Below are positions 37,401 through 52,114 of a DNA stretch of 64,000 nt, piece after piece. The notes under the pieces are model-generated. The model was given only the letters and a program-made list of their open reading frames with translations, was not told the DNA's origin and did not search any database. The stretch is from positions 87,420,001 to 87,484,000 of the forward strand of contig OX597822.1 of NCBI GenBank assembly GCA_951406725.2, read 5' to 3'. This DNA comes from Octopus vulgaris (taxonomy: Eukaryota). Each line of letters begins with the position of its first letter. The first letter of the stretch is position 1. A program made the position numbers and the translations under genes.

Positions 37401-40400
37401 CAAGCCTTTCTCAGGTTCAAATGCAGGGCCGACCCGTACCTGAGAATAAATGGAAGACATAAAATGAAGCTCAATCACAATATTTACAGGGGCTGGACAA
37501 AATAATGGAAACACCTTAAAATTTCAAACAAATTTATTTTAATATGGGGTAGGACCACCTTTGGCAGTAATTACAGCTTGAATTTTATGAGGTATTGACT
37601 TGTACAAAACTTTGAATTGTTTCCAAAGGAATTTTTGTCCATTCTTCAGCTAAAACAGCCTCCAGTTCTTGTAGTGATGATGGTGGAGGATATCAACTCC
37701 TTACTTGTTTTTCTTAAATGTACCATAAATGTTCAATAATATTGAGATCTAGGGACTGTGGTGGCCAGATAAGATGTTCATCTTCACTAGAACGTTCCTT
37801 GTGCCAACTTTAGCTGTGTGAATTGGTGCATTATCATCCTGAAAGATTGTGTTTCTCTCCAGAAACAGTTCCACAACCATAGGATGAATTTGATCAGATA
37901 AAATACTTAAATATTCTTGACTTTTGATTCTGCCACAAAGGGAAACCATTGGGATTTCCAAGATATAGGCCCTCCAGATCATCACAGATCTTCCTCTATG
38001 TTTAATTATTGGAAGAAGGCAGTCTGAGTCAAATGCTTCTTTTGGCTGTCTCCAAATGTATACTCAGCCCATGGTCGGAAATAAGGTAAAGGATGACTCG
38101 TCTGAGAAAATAACATTCTTCTACTGTTCTAGGGACCAATTCTGTAGATTTTTACTCCACTCTAAACACTTTGCAACATTTGTTTTTTAAAGAAGTGGTT
38201 TTCTGATTGCAGCCCTCCCATGAAATCCAGCTTTGTGCAGCTCCTGTTGAACAGTTTTTTGTGGAAACTGGGTTCTTGAGGTAGTCATTAAGCTCTGCAG
38301 TAATTTTTGGAGCTGTACTTTTGTGATCCTTTCTAACTATTCACATAAGAGTCTGACAGACCCTATCTGAAAGTTTTGGTTTTCTTCTGGAGTTTTGTTT
38401 TGACGAGTTTTTCCCTCTTTCTCAAAGGCTGTCATTACTTTTGAGACAGTACTTCTTGATACACCAAACATTTCAGCTATTTTCATTATGCTAGTGCCTG
38501 CCATACGAGCACTAACAATTTGACCTCTTTGAAAGTTCGATGGATCTGTCATTTTAATGAATTTTAACTACTTTTTTCTGATAATATCTGAAAAGAAACA
38601 GCAATTTTAGCAAAACATATTAAGCAACACTAATAATAAATCAAAAAATAAAAATAAACAACCTTTTGACAGTTTTATAGATATTTCAAAGTTATGATGC
38701 TATGATGCTAGGTGTTTCCATTATTTTGTCCAACCCCTGAATGTCTCCCACAAATATTATACCACAAATATTATATAGCCTTCCTTCATAAGTAATATTA
38801 GTTGCAAAATTTGGCACAAGGTCAGCAATTGCGAGGAGCAGGGTAAGTCAATTATGTTGACCTCAGTACTCAACTAGTAGTTATTTTATTGACTCTGAAA
38901 GGATGAAAGGCTAAGATGACCTCAGTGGAATTGGAACTCAGAATGCAAAGACGGACAAAATACTGCTAAGCATTTTACCCAACAAGCTGATGATTCTGCC
39001 AGCTCACTGTCTTATCCAGAGGTAACATCAACTTCAAAAGAAGGTGGCAAGCTGGCAGAAATGTTAGCATGCCAGGTGAAATGCTTAACGGTATTTCATT
39101 TGCAGTTACATTCTGAGTTCAAATCCTGCCAAGGTCAACTTTACCTTTCATCCTTTCAGGGTCGATAAATTAAGTACCAGTTGCATACTGGGTTCAATCT
39201 AATCAACTGGCCCTCCTTTCCCCCAAAATTTCAGGTCTTGTCCCTAGAGTAGAAAAGAATATTGACTTCAAAAGAAAGGGAATTGAGACACAACTTGATA
39301 CAGCACTTTTGTGTTGTTGCTGTAACTGTAATGAAGTACAGAGTGAGAATATTACTGATTTCCGATTGTATACAATACATTGACTGTAGCACAACTTTGA
39401 GAAATATAATTTTGGAAAATGGTGGTGCTGTAATTCATTGAAACAATTTGCAGTGCAAGTTATTTTGTTATGGTCAAAAATGAAAACATTGATCATGCAG
39501 TATTATTAAACATTATAAACAGCAGTTTAGCACAGAAAAGAGAAACAGCTGTCTGTATAGCTGATTACACAACACAGTGGCTTGTTAACAGTATATTCAG
39601 AGTACCTACTTACATCTATGAGGATAAGCCATTAAGAGTTAAGGGCCTCATCCACTAATGTAACACAATATGAGGAATAATAAAATTACATTGATATGAT
39701 CACTGGTTTTAACTTTTATTCCTTCGTCTAACTAGCATTTGAAATCACCAATAAGCTTGTAGAAAAGATGGTGATTAGTAGAAGGTAAAATTTATAACAA
39801 AAATAAAGCAGGTGATAACACATTAAAAGTAACGTTATGCTTTCAAAAAAATATCTTTGTTTAATCCAGCTACTATAAGGAGTACACCATTGGTTAAAAA
39901 GATATCAGATTATCTTAGTTTTAAAGGTGGGATGGAAGTTTTGTGTATATTGCAAGTTACTAATCATGTTAGTATGGTGGAAATTACTAAAACCATCACT
40001 AAGATAAACATTCCAGTAGTCTAGTGCTTTATGGCTGGAATACTCCATCATTGAGCTGTTATTGTTTTCCTTAGCTTTAAGCAAATATAGGTATTGAATG
40101 CAATTTCTACTTACAGGATTGGTTTTGTTATTACACATGGTAGGATCATCATTATTAGAACAGTACATTGGCTTATGAGCCATAGCTATAATCCATGGAC
40201 GTTTGGCACGGTTTTCAGGGAGATTAGCTTCTTCCAGATCTTTCTTTAACCAGTTATACTGGTAATCTGTATAGTGATAGTCAACGTAGTAGTAATAAAC
40301 TTCTGAACTGAAACTTATAATGTGAGCTGGACCAATGTTGAAGCTGTAAAGAGAAAAATAATGAAAATTTCATTCACCCGTTAGAAAGTAAGTCACCTCT

Positions 40401-43400
40401 CAGTCTAGAAGACAAACTTAATTAAAAGTATTTATATTTCAATGAAAACTTACAATTATAATTTTATGTAAGATTCTTTTGTTACAAACAACAGTCTTCA
40501 TACATTATTTCCATAAATACCCTCCAGGCATTTGCCATATTCTGAACGCCTTTTCAAGAGAATACCCTCCATCAGGCATTTGCCATATTCTGAATGCCTT
40601 ACTTCCCCGGGCATGGACACTTCGAAACTCTGACGTCTGGCAGCTGACTTGGCAGACACCCATAAAATTATTAACCATCTTACAAACAATAACTCTGAGC
40701 ACTTTTTCAAACTCCACCTGTCTAACACCCGTGGACATGTTTACAAAGTCAGAAAACAGCACAGCTCCCATGACTTTCGGAAACATTTTTTCATGCTAAG
40801 AGTTGTGGAAGCATGGAACAGACTGCCGGCATCAGTTGTTAGTTGTTGGAGCACTGCATCCTTCAAAACTTCCATGCTTCCTGAGATTCACCAATACTAC
40901 ACCTGATTTTCTCCTCTCCATACACACGCAAGCATGTATCTGACTCATACACTGTTCGCTTTCCAGGCATTTTGTACATTACTGCATATACTTTATACGC
41001 ACTTTTTGACAAGTTGTGGTGCACCTGAGCACTGTATACAATAATTTCATTATATTATATTAAATAAAAACATATGTAATTTTATTAACACCCGCCAAAT
41101 TCTTGATATTCTCAAAATGACCTGAAATACATGAATGTTTATCATTAATAATTATCATCATCATTTAACATCCGCCTTCCATGTTGGCATGAATATCATC
41201 ACAAAAGGGTTTAAGATACAGATCCCTAACCCAAACGTTGTGCATTTTAGATCTTGCAAACAACATTATACTGGATTCATGTATAAAAGAGAATTGCATT
41301 AAACATGCTACAGTCAATTTTGTGAGTTAGAATTAATCTAACAATTACTTTTATGATAATTTGGTGTAACTAGAAGACATTGTATAATCCACAAGCAGTT
41401 CTTATTTTAAGCCCTGATCAGAGTTAGTCACTAGGGTTTGGGAATCAGTTTACAGTGGATCCCATTCCAAAGACATACACCAACTATTGTCTTATTACAC
41501 TCATTGTCAGCATTTCAAAGGTACTAGAGACAACCATTAACAACAATCTTCTCCATCATTTTGAATTCCTCTTCCTCTTTAAAGGCAACCAATATGACAT
41601 CCAAAAAGTAAAATGTAGAAGAGGCCTATTCTCTTTCTCTACTCATCTGTCAGCTCACATCCTTGAGAAACTTGGTCAAAATAGTGTGGTTGCTCTTGAC
41701 ACCAGCAAACTTTTCAACCATGTCTAATACGCATATCGCCTGACAAAACTCCCTTCCTATGAGCTTCTTCTAGCTTTCATATTCATCATCATCATCATCG
41801 TTTAACGTCCGTTCTCCATGCTAGCATGGGTTGGACGGTTCAACCGGGGATCTGGGAAGCCAGAAGGCTGCACCAGGCTCCAGTCTTATCTGGCAATGTT
41901 TCTACAGCTGGATACCCTTCCTAACGCCAACCACTCCGTGAGTGTAGTGGGTGCTTTTTACGTGTCACCATATTGTGAGCTTTCTGTTAAATCACAGCAT
42001 TAAAGCAAGTATTGATGAGGGCTCTTTCTTTGACCAACAGGTGTTCTCAGAGTTTAGTTTTCACTTTAATGCTCCTTCCTCATCATCTCCAACTATGCCC
42101 ACTTCTGTACAGATGATATCACTCTTCACTCCACACCAGTCTTCTGCACCCAAGTATTATCCACATGTGTGACGTTTATTTGTTTTTCTTGCTGTGTCTG
42201 GAGGAAAGGAAAATACCCAGAGTTTCCACAGGCTCTCCTACTCTGGTGAGATTGATGTTAATGATGCAGCTCTTAAAATTTTTGTAAGTCAACACCTACA
42301 AGAAAGACATGAGCAAGAAGGCAATTCCAGACAGCTAATGCTCTGGGAAGGAAGAACTGGGCGTAGTGATAGTGTGTGTGGGGTGGGGTGGGGTGGGATT
42401 GGACATATGGATGATGAGTGGAGGAGAGACATGTGTGGGTTAAAAATGCCTGAGTAGAGGTCATATAAACCTAGCTAGTTGCAAGGAGAAGAAGCCTTTA
42501 GAGTCAAGGGATAAAAGGCAGAGAGAAAAGACAGCATATCTGTGTGCTGAAACGAAATTGTGACTGTAAATGATTTAAGCCAATTAGTCATGTGGCTCAT
42601 CTCCAGAAGCAGCCAAGGATGACTATGCATACAGCAACAGTATTATGCCACATGTGAAAGCAATGCTGCATTGTGGCCTTATCCGAGCTTTGCTGAGTGT
42701 CAATGATTGTTAGGGGCTGAAGTATTGATGATTTCATGAACAAGGACCTCTAAAACATTGACAATAGGATCATACTATATTATCTCCTTCAACAGTACAT
42801 CAAAGACACATTCACAGCGCATATCAAGAATACATTATCACGACCCACCTTACCCAATCCAATCAACCTGAATCCTCAAGGCCACTAGAAATGTTAGGCT
42901 GCAGCATCACTCAGGATTTCTCCTCATGAATGCATATCCTTAACAATGCACAAACAATATTGCTAACAATGAACACTCTCTTCAGAGCCAGAAATTACTT
43001 CACCTCATTAAAAACTATTTCTCCCACATATGCCCCCTCCATTATTTACTAAGCCAATTCCTCCCTCCCCAGAACATCACCTTTTGGAGTTTCCTCTCTC
43101 TATATTTTTTCTTGCAGTTGTTAAAATTGATGACAATATCAATTCACAAAGCAAAATTTAAACCAAATGTTATCATTATCTAGATACAGCAAATAAAAAC
43201 CCCATTTGCTCTACTTTCTTCATTAGCCTTAATTTTTATTATTTACAATAAAGTTGTCATCAGTATAATTTGAAAATAATTTGTAACTGCTAAATTTTCA
43301 GAATGACTGAGCCTCTTAAGTAGTTTCGTAATGAACTGTCCAACCCATGCCAGCATGGGCAACAGTTGTTAAATGATGATGATGATGATGATCTAAACTG

Positions 43401-43664
43401 ACTACATACCACTTTCTTCACACTATCATTATTTGTACCAACTTGGTGTCCTATCGAAATGTTGTAGTTAACTCTACTTGGACAGATCTGTATCATGGAG
43501 GTACTCAAACTTAAGACTACAAGACATTAAGAAGAATAAAAATAACTCACCTATAAAGCATGTTCTCACCATCTCCATTCTTTGGCATTGAAAATCTACT
43601 CTTGTAATTGGAGAAGTTACTAGAAATGAAGAAGATAAATTGATACAGTTAGAATAAATGTTTC

Positions 43665-43700
<36 letters not shown>

Positions 43701-43750
43701 CAATAATAATAATAATAATAATAATGATAATAATGATGATAATAATAATG

Positions 43751-43784
<34 letters not shown>

Positions 43785-45040
43785 TAATAATAAGTAGTGG
43801 GGGAGCATCATAGCCATGTGTTGAGAGGGATTCTTTGGGGTTTCAATAATTCACCTCTGGAAACATGGGTGTTTGGTTCAACATCCTTAATCCTTATTCA
43901 GGGACTTTTTGAGTGGGATGGGTTACTCGACCAGAAGAAAATTCTAACTGGGCCCCCACCTGCAAGGTCATGCGCTGTTTATCTTGATATGAGATCACCA
44001 TGTCGTGCACACATGGTTGTGATGCATGTGCCTAGTGTACCCTTATCGGACGGGTTATCATGATGGGTATACTGGGCTCCGTATATTTTACCCGAGTGTC
44101 ACTTTGATGGCATGCACTGCTCTCTCACTCAATAATAATAATAATAATCTTTTCCATTATAGGCATGAGTCATGAAATTTTGGATGAGGGGGCTAGTTGA
44201 CTGCATTGACCCCAGTGTTTAACTGGTGCTTATTTCATTGACCCTGAAAAGATAAAAGGCAAAGTTGACTGCAGGGAGAATTTGAACACAGAACATAAAA
44301 ACAAACGAAATGCCACTTGGCATTTGGTCCAATGTGCTAACAATTCTGTCTGCTCACCACCTTAATAATAATAATAATAATCCTTTCTACTCTAGGCACA
44401 AAGCCTGAAAGTTTGGGGGAAAGGGCAAGTCAATTACACTGACCCACCCCACCCCCAGAGCTCCACAGGTATTTATTTTATTGACTTCAAAAAAGATTAA
44501 AGGTAAAGTTGACTTCAGCAGGGTTTGAACTAAGAATGTAAAGATTTATTTAAAAAAAAAAAGAAAAAGAATAGAAAAAAGAAAAAGAAAAAAATCCCGA
44601 CCAGAGCACTTTCCAATACTTGAATTATTTTGCCAGCTCACTAAACTAATCATTCCTCGTTTAATGTCCGCTTTCCATGCTAGCATGGGTTGGATGATTT
44701 GACTGAGGACTGGTGAACCAGATGGCTGCACCAGGCTCCAATCTTGATCTGGCAGAGTGTCTACAGCTGGATGCCCTTCCTAATGCCAACCACTCCGAGA
44801 GTGTAGTGGGTGCTTTTATGTGCCAGTCAGGCAGTATAGGCAACGGCCACGCTCAAATGGTGTCTTTTACATGCCACCTGCACAGGAGCCAGTCCAGTGG
44901 CACTGGCAACGATCTCACTCGAATGTTTTTTCACGTTCCACCGGCACAAGTGCCAGTAAGGCGACGCTTGTAACGATCACGCTTGAATGGTGCTTTTTAC
45001 GTACCCCCAGCACAGAAGCTAGTTAGCCACTCTAGCAACA

Positions 45041-45084
<44 letters not shown>

Positions 45085-46320
45085 TATATATACACACACA
45101 CACACACATACACCAACATATATATCATCATCATCATCATTATCATCAATAATAATAATAATAATAATAATAATAAAGGCTTCAAATTTTGGCACAAAGG
45201 GAGGAGTTCAGTTGATTACTCTGGCCTCAGTACTCATCATCACCATCATCATCATTATCATTTAATTTTCATTTGTCCATGCTGGCATGGGTTGGATGGT
45301 TTGATCAGGGCTGGTAAGCTGAGGGGTTGCACCAGACACCACTCTGATTTGGCATGGTTTCTATGGCTGGATGCCCTTCCTAATGCCAACCACTCCCAGA
45401 ATGGGTGCATTTATGTGCCACTGGCATGGGTGCCAGTTGTGTGACACCAGTATCTGCCATGACTATGAATTCACTTGGTTTGATGGATCTTCCTTCTCAA
45501 ACATAGCATATTGCCATGGCTAAACACAATCACAGAACTGCACATATTCGAGTTGATAGGACAACAAACTACCAGCTAAGATGTCTAATGTTTAAATGAA
45601 CCACATCATAACCAAGACACTTTAAGTCCACAGGCATTATTGATAAGGCATGTTTATGATAGTAAGCAAAGGTAACATTGTATGTTACCTTGCAGAGTTG
45701 AGTTAAAATCCTACCATTGTTATAGCTTCGAGAAGATCTTAAATTAGACATATTACATAAAGACAAAGTTTTAGTGATCATTCCTCTGAACACTATAGCA
45801 GTACAAGTGATAAGATACTGTTCAGCAATTATTTTACATAATTCTTTGAAATATGTTATACATAAATTTTTCATACTTACTATGCTTCTTCATGGTTACC
45901 AGGACATACCATATATGGAATATAGGCAGCAATTGGTTCAATTTGGCGCATAAAAGCATCTCCCATTCGAGCATTATCCTTTTCAAAAAATGAAATACAT
46001 TAGTAACCCAGAAAAGTGCATGTGTGTGTATGTGTGTTATACATATCTGTTATTGTTTATATATGTTACTGTTTTATATAGAGTTTTGTATATTCATATA
46101 GGTGAACAGGGGTCAGTATGTGTCTTGCAAGCTTGGACATTATCTTTTGAAGGCACATGGCTTAGTGGTTAGGGTACTCAGCATATAATTGTAAGGTCAT
46201 GAGTTCAATTCCTGGCAACACACTGTGTCCTTGAGCAAGACACTTATTTCACATTACTCTAATCCACTCAGCTGGCAACAATGAGTTGTACTGTCATTTT
46301 GTCTATCAGCTCAATGTCTT

Positions 46321-46351
<31 letters not shown>

Positions 46352-48131
46352 GGGGCTGCTGCACCAGGTTCCGTAGTCTGTTTTGGCTTCGTCTCTACAG
46401 GTGGATGCCCTTCCAAATGACAATCACTTCACAGAATGCACTGGGTGCTTTTTATGTGGCATCAGCACACACTAATGCTTTTTACATGACACCTTGGTTT
46501 TAGGATATTAATTCTGTTGCGGTGGTCAAGTCTTCTTGAGTATTATCACAAGATGCCATTCACAAGGAGAAATTATAAATTCATTAGGTGAACAGGAAGA
46601 TGACAAATGTGAACATAAAAGCAAATAAATACCAAAGTGATATGAATGTGTATGTGAAAGGATGGAGGAGTTGGGGTGGATAGCTACCTCAAACCAACCA
46701 TTGGAAACCCCACCTTGCACTAACTACTGAAGACATACTCTTCTCCTAAACTCTATCTTTCCATAACCTGCAAACATATTTAGAGCAATCTCTTTCAACC
46801 AGGCTATGCATGTCATTCCGAATCACCTTTCAATAAATTTACTACAGGACAGTATTTCCCTCTCCACCTTCACAATCACAAAAATTCTCAAGGACATTAT
46901 GGAAAGAGAAAAATAGAATGGAGGAATTGGAGCAGAACCACTTACAGTGTCCATGTTGTATGCCAAATCACCTAAAAAGAAAAGAAAAATAACTTTAGAC
47001 TTCTTTTAATAATTGAAGAAAGTTTTTACACGAGTGAGCATGCTTACACACACACACACATACACACATAGAGTTTTATGATAGCCTACATGATGTCATT
47101 CAACTGTCCAGAAAAGCAACCAAATCTCTCTTACACCTATAGCTAGCTACATCATGTCTAAATAAACAACAATGTATCTAAGATTATTATATTTCCAGAC
47201 AATGTATATCAAGGCTCCATTAATTATTTCAGGTCTCATGGAATTTGGGGACAGAAATGTTTCTGTTGCACAGACAAGTGTTTCTGAAGCATAAAAAGGG
47301 ACTGCCCTGTGCTAAAACACTTAAGAGTGTCTAAGAAGTAGTGATTTCTTCCTTCAAAATGATGCTAAACAATTTTTAGGGATATCATGTTATATGTATG
47401 CAATATGCAGACTTTGTTTTGTTTAAGATTCCGTATCAACAGAACAAAATGATCGTAAGCTTCTTTTTCTATTTTCTCTATCAGTGATAAAAAAACATTT
47501 CCATTTCTGCCTGAAAACTTTACGACAATTAAACTATCTAAGCACAAAATCAGCTATATTCATAATTTTATTATACTTTATGCCAAGGAAAGGTGATAAT
47601 GAAGAATTTTTTACACTTTGGCCTTTTGCTCTGAAGTCAAATCAGAACATGGAATCAAGGAAAACTACATTTTTTTGTGAAAAGTCATAATAGTGTTTAT
47701 ACAAAGATCCTGTTGTGATTGATGAAAATAAATAGCATATTTGGATTTAGCTTGGAAACATGCTTCAGAAACACTTGTTGATTCAAGAGAAACATTTCCA
47801 TTTCCAAATTATGTAGACCCATGATATGAACCAATGTAAAAAATTGACAGAATTTCTCACCAACATGTAAAACCGCATCAAAGAATCCACGCTGTGCACC
47901 TTCTTGGAGTCTTGGAATAGAACGTCCATTTACATTACCCATATCTCCATAAACTGCCAGTTTAGGACTCCAATTCTGGCCAGATTTCATTGCTTTGAAG
48001 AAGAAAATTCCGCTCCATCCTTTTAAGCCTCCACAATGATACCCTGGAAATGGAACAAAGGTAAAAAGTTCATTAAAGACACATGTGTATGCATATCTGT
48101 CTGTCTGTCTATCTATCCATACATATATATA

Positions 48132-48163
<32 letters not shown>

Positions 48164-48168
48164 CATAC

Positions 48169-48220
<52 letters not shown>

Positions 48221-48430
48221 TGTCATATCTCTCTCCTTATAAAAAGTTAAGTTTATTTGCTTGTTTGTATGTTGACCGCTAAAAACATTAAATATAATTG
48301 ATTATATTTCAGGTTTTTTGTGTCATTTAAATTAATCTCACCATTCTGCAGATAACTGTGCCCTTATTTTCCGAAAAAAGATTGTGGGGCCTGAGTTGGT
48401 GGTGGTGGTGTATATATATATATAGACTTT

Positions 48431-48468
<38 letters not shown>

Positions 48469-48654
48469 AGATTATGAGAGGTAATGCTGAATAAGTGCTA
48501 TGGACAGACTATAGTTAAGCTCCAGGTTCGGTGATTATGCGAACGAGGAGTCCAATGTAGGTCATATATTAGTATGTGTATATATAAAAAATGAACAGAA
48601 TGAGATAAAAATCCAAGGCTGTGAAAGGTTTCAAAACATTTTTATCTCATTCTG

Positions 48655-48695
<41 letters not shown>

Positions 48696-51600
48696 GAAAG
48701 AGAGAGAGGTGAGAGAGTTGGTTTGTGAAAGCTCATGGTTGGATGTATAAAAGACACAACAGAGTGAAAAACTACAGAAGGCTTGTGTTATATAGTTAAA
48801 GAATATATTTAAATCATTGTTAGAAAAATGTAATCAGGGATTTTTTCGGTATAAGGGAAATAATAAAAAAATGTTGGAAATGACAAGTTTTTATTAATCT
48901 AACATTCAGTTTAGAAGGAATGCTTTATATTTTTTTCAATGAGGTAAGTTTCCTTATTTAAAAATGTTAGAAATGCTTCAGTTTTGGCTTATATTTTTCC
49001 TTTGTGGGGGATGTGTTCACTTTTGTTTTTGATTAGTGAGTCATCTTCAATATTGTAATTGGTTAATGCTTCTGTGAATCTTAATTTTCTACAGAATTCT
49101 ATTATACTGTCTTTCACTTCATTTTGGTTGGCTCTGTATGGAGTTGGGGGAATTTTAACCCTTTTGAGAGGATGTCTATTTTTGTGCTTGAAAGAAGTTT
49201 AGTTGAGAGGTTAATTATCTAGAAGGATCAGAATTCCTTTTTCAAAGAGGGACAAAAATTCAAAATCAAATCTGACTTTACTTGTGCTTCAGAAAACCAA
49301 AACTACATATGGTCCACAGGATTATCGCTCAGATGTAGATGCACTCTGCACCAACAGCAGATTGCATTCCCAGAATACAGAATGATACCCTTTAGTGAAC
49401 ATAATGAGACATGCACAAAGCAACTGCTACCACAATTTGTAATCTTTCCATTCTCCATTGGAACACCAACACAAGGTGGATTAAATAAGGAAACCTACTT
49501 CATTGAAAAAAATTATCTCCCTTATACCAAAATCAACAGTTGATTCTGTAGTTATTATCACTGTATTTTGGCAATTTAAATTAGGGTTTTGACTGTTATT
49601 TCTAGCAGGTAGACATACTTGGTATGTCCTTTGATTAATTTCAATCCTTCAGCTATTTAATGCATTTTTGGGGTCTGCAATTGCCTATATTATTGATTCT
49701 GTTATTATCATTTTTAAAGTGTTACACTAGATAATAATAGAGACAATGATATCTTTGCAAATTATTTTTTCGTGAATTATTTGCCCTGTATTGAAATATA
49801 TACATCATCATCATTATCATTTAGCATCTGTTGTCCATGCTGGCATGGGTTGGATGGTTTGACTGGGCTAGCACACTGCATGGTTTTCTATGGCTGGATG
49901 CCCTTCCTAACACCAACCACTCCAAGGATATACTGGGTGCTTTTACATGCCATTTGTGTGACACCAATATCTGTTACAACATATACATACATATATATAT
50001 GCATACATACATACACATATATATATGTATGTAAAGGGAAAGTTTATGAAAATAAACAAAAGACGAAGGCAGGTGGAGTACAAACAAACAGATGTATTAG
50101 TATAGCGCTCAGGAATAGAAAAAGTCTTTCACGTTTCGAGCCTACGCTCTTCTACTGAAAGGAACACAGAAAAAACAAGGAGAGAAAAAAATATGTGTGT
50201 AGTAGCTAACGAATCTGTACACTATATTTTAGAAGAATATTTCACTTTCAATAATAATGTGGTTACTAGGAAAATCTTTTGGGCACCAAATTATCAAGCC
50301 GTATTCAACACCTGTTTGCTGAAGTCATGTGTTGTACAGGGACATAAATACAAAAGAAAAAGCAAAATATGGTAGCTACATTGGTCACTCTTGTTATTCC
50401 TCATCTCTTTGCAAAATAACAATCTCGAAAACTGCAACTTTTTCAAAGCATAAAATACTGAAAATTTCTAAAACTATGAACTTCAGAGGTTTGTTATTGT
50501 TTACATCCTTCCTTTCACAAAAGGTAAGTGCTTGTCAACCAGCCATAACCCAGCCGAAGGTAAGATAAAATTATCAAACTTTTAGTATATTTTCCTTTTC
50601 TGACCACCTAATCTTATAATAATAAAATAATATATTTATATTATATTTATATTTATAGGTGCAGGAGTGGCTGTATGGTAAGTAGCTTGTTTACCAACCA
50701 CATGGTTCCGGGTTCAGTCCTACTGCATGGCACCTTGGGCAAGTATCTTCTACTATAGCCTCGGGTCGACCAAAGCCTAGTGAGTGGATTTGGTAGACGG
50801 AAACTGAAAGAAGCCCGTCGTATATATATATGCGTGTGTGTGTGTGTCTGTGTTTGTCCCCCTAGCATTGCTTGACAACCGATGCTGGTGTGTTTACGTC
50901 CTCATCACTTAGCGGTTCGGCAAAAGAGACCGATAGAATAAGTACTGGGCTTACAAAAGAATAAGTCCTGGGGTCAAGTTGCTCGATTAAAGGTGGTGCT
51001 CCAGCATGGCCGCAGTCAAATGACTGAAACAAGTAAAAGAGTAAAGAGTATATAATTTGTATATATAATATATAGATATTGTTACCTGTGCCATCAAAAT
51101 TAGCACAGGAGTTGTGTCTGCATCACCAAGGCTGAAGCTGAAAGTCTTCAGTACCACTTCCACTCCGATGCCTCACACTCCAACAACCAGCTCTCTACTG
51201 AGGACTTTGCTGACGACTTCCAGGGTTTATCTAAACCGAAGCTCATTAATCAGATCCCTTCGGAAAGCTTTGCTCGCGTGCTCTCCAGCTTGTTGAAAAA
51301 CGTATGTTTATCCAACAATGTGCCTGACTGGCGGAAACTGTTTCCGTCTCCCCCGCATCTCTCTCAATGTGCACAATGTGAAATTGAGCTCCCTTACATC
51401 CTCTCTCAAGCGACAGTTCCAGTTATTTGAGTCCACCTTGATCACTTCTCACCTCAATTTGACATTAAGCACAGTGCCTACTGACAGGCAACTGATAAGC
51501 TAAAAGTGCACAGTCAATGCTAAATTCAGTGAATTCGACATAAAAGGAGCTGTCCGTCTCCTCTCTTCTCTATCCTTCCTCACTCCATGTGGCTCTGAGT

Positions 51601-52080
51601 CACATAGACGTCTGCAAGAGAAGCACCCACCAGCACCCCCTGATAATCAACTAAACTGGCCTGATCCCCCAGAATACTTGAGACTGGTCTACACCTCTGG
51701 TAACACCAGAAAGGTGATTTCATCCTTCTCTGCTGGTTCAGGGGTGGGGGAAGTGATGGCCTTTTGCCTCAACACTTCAAGGACGGTATCTCCTTATTGG
51801 CTTGACTGGGCCGGTTACACTCACTGGCATAGACCATGAGCCATGGTCTCACTTGGCCTGTCAGGTCTATGTATATATATATATATACTTTATTTTAAGC
51901 AGCAGAAAATTCAACAAAATCTGTTACTCTGAGTTTCTCGTTGCCGAACGGCAACGAGAAACTCAGAGTAACAGATTTTGTTGAATTTTCTGCTGCTTAA
52001 AATAAAGCATATTACTCTACCACTGGTATTTGAGTACTCTTTTTTCCACCTTGTTTCACATTTATGTGTTTACTCCGGTC

Positions 52081-52114
<34 letters not shown>

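Noticed and set aside
43620-43817. Poly-Leu, YIYI and HTHT ORFs (also 7854, 27313, 44997, 48036)
   Set aside because: These are translations of (AAT)n, (TA)n and (CA)n microsatellites.
50658-50730. tRNA genes at SINE heads (also about 25420-25490, 46149-46220, 62710-62780)
   Set aside because: A/B boxes are present but I could not build a complete cloverleaf, and each continues into a repeated SINE body.
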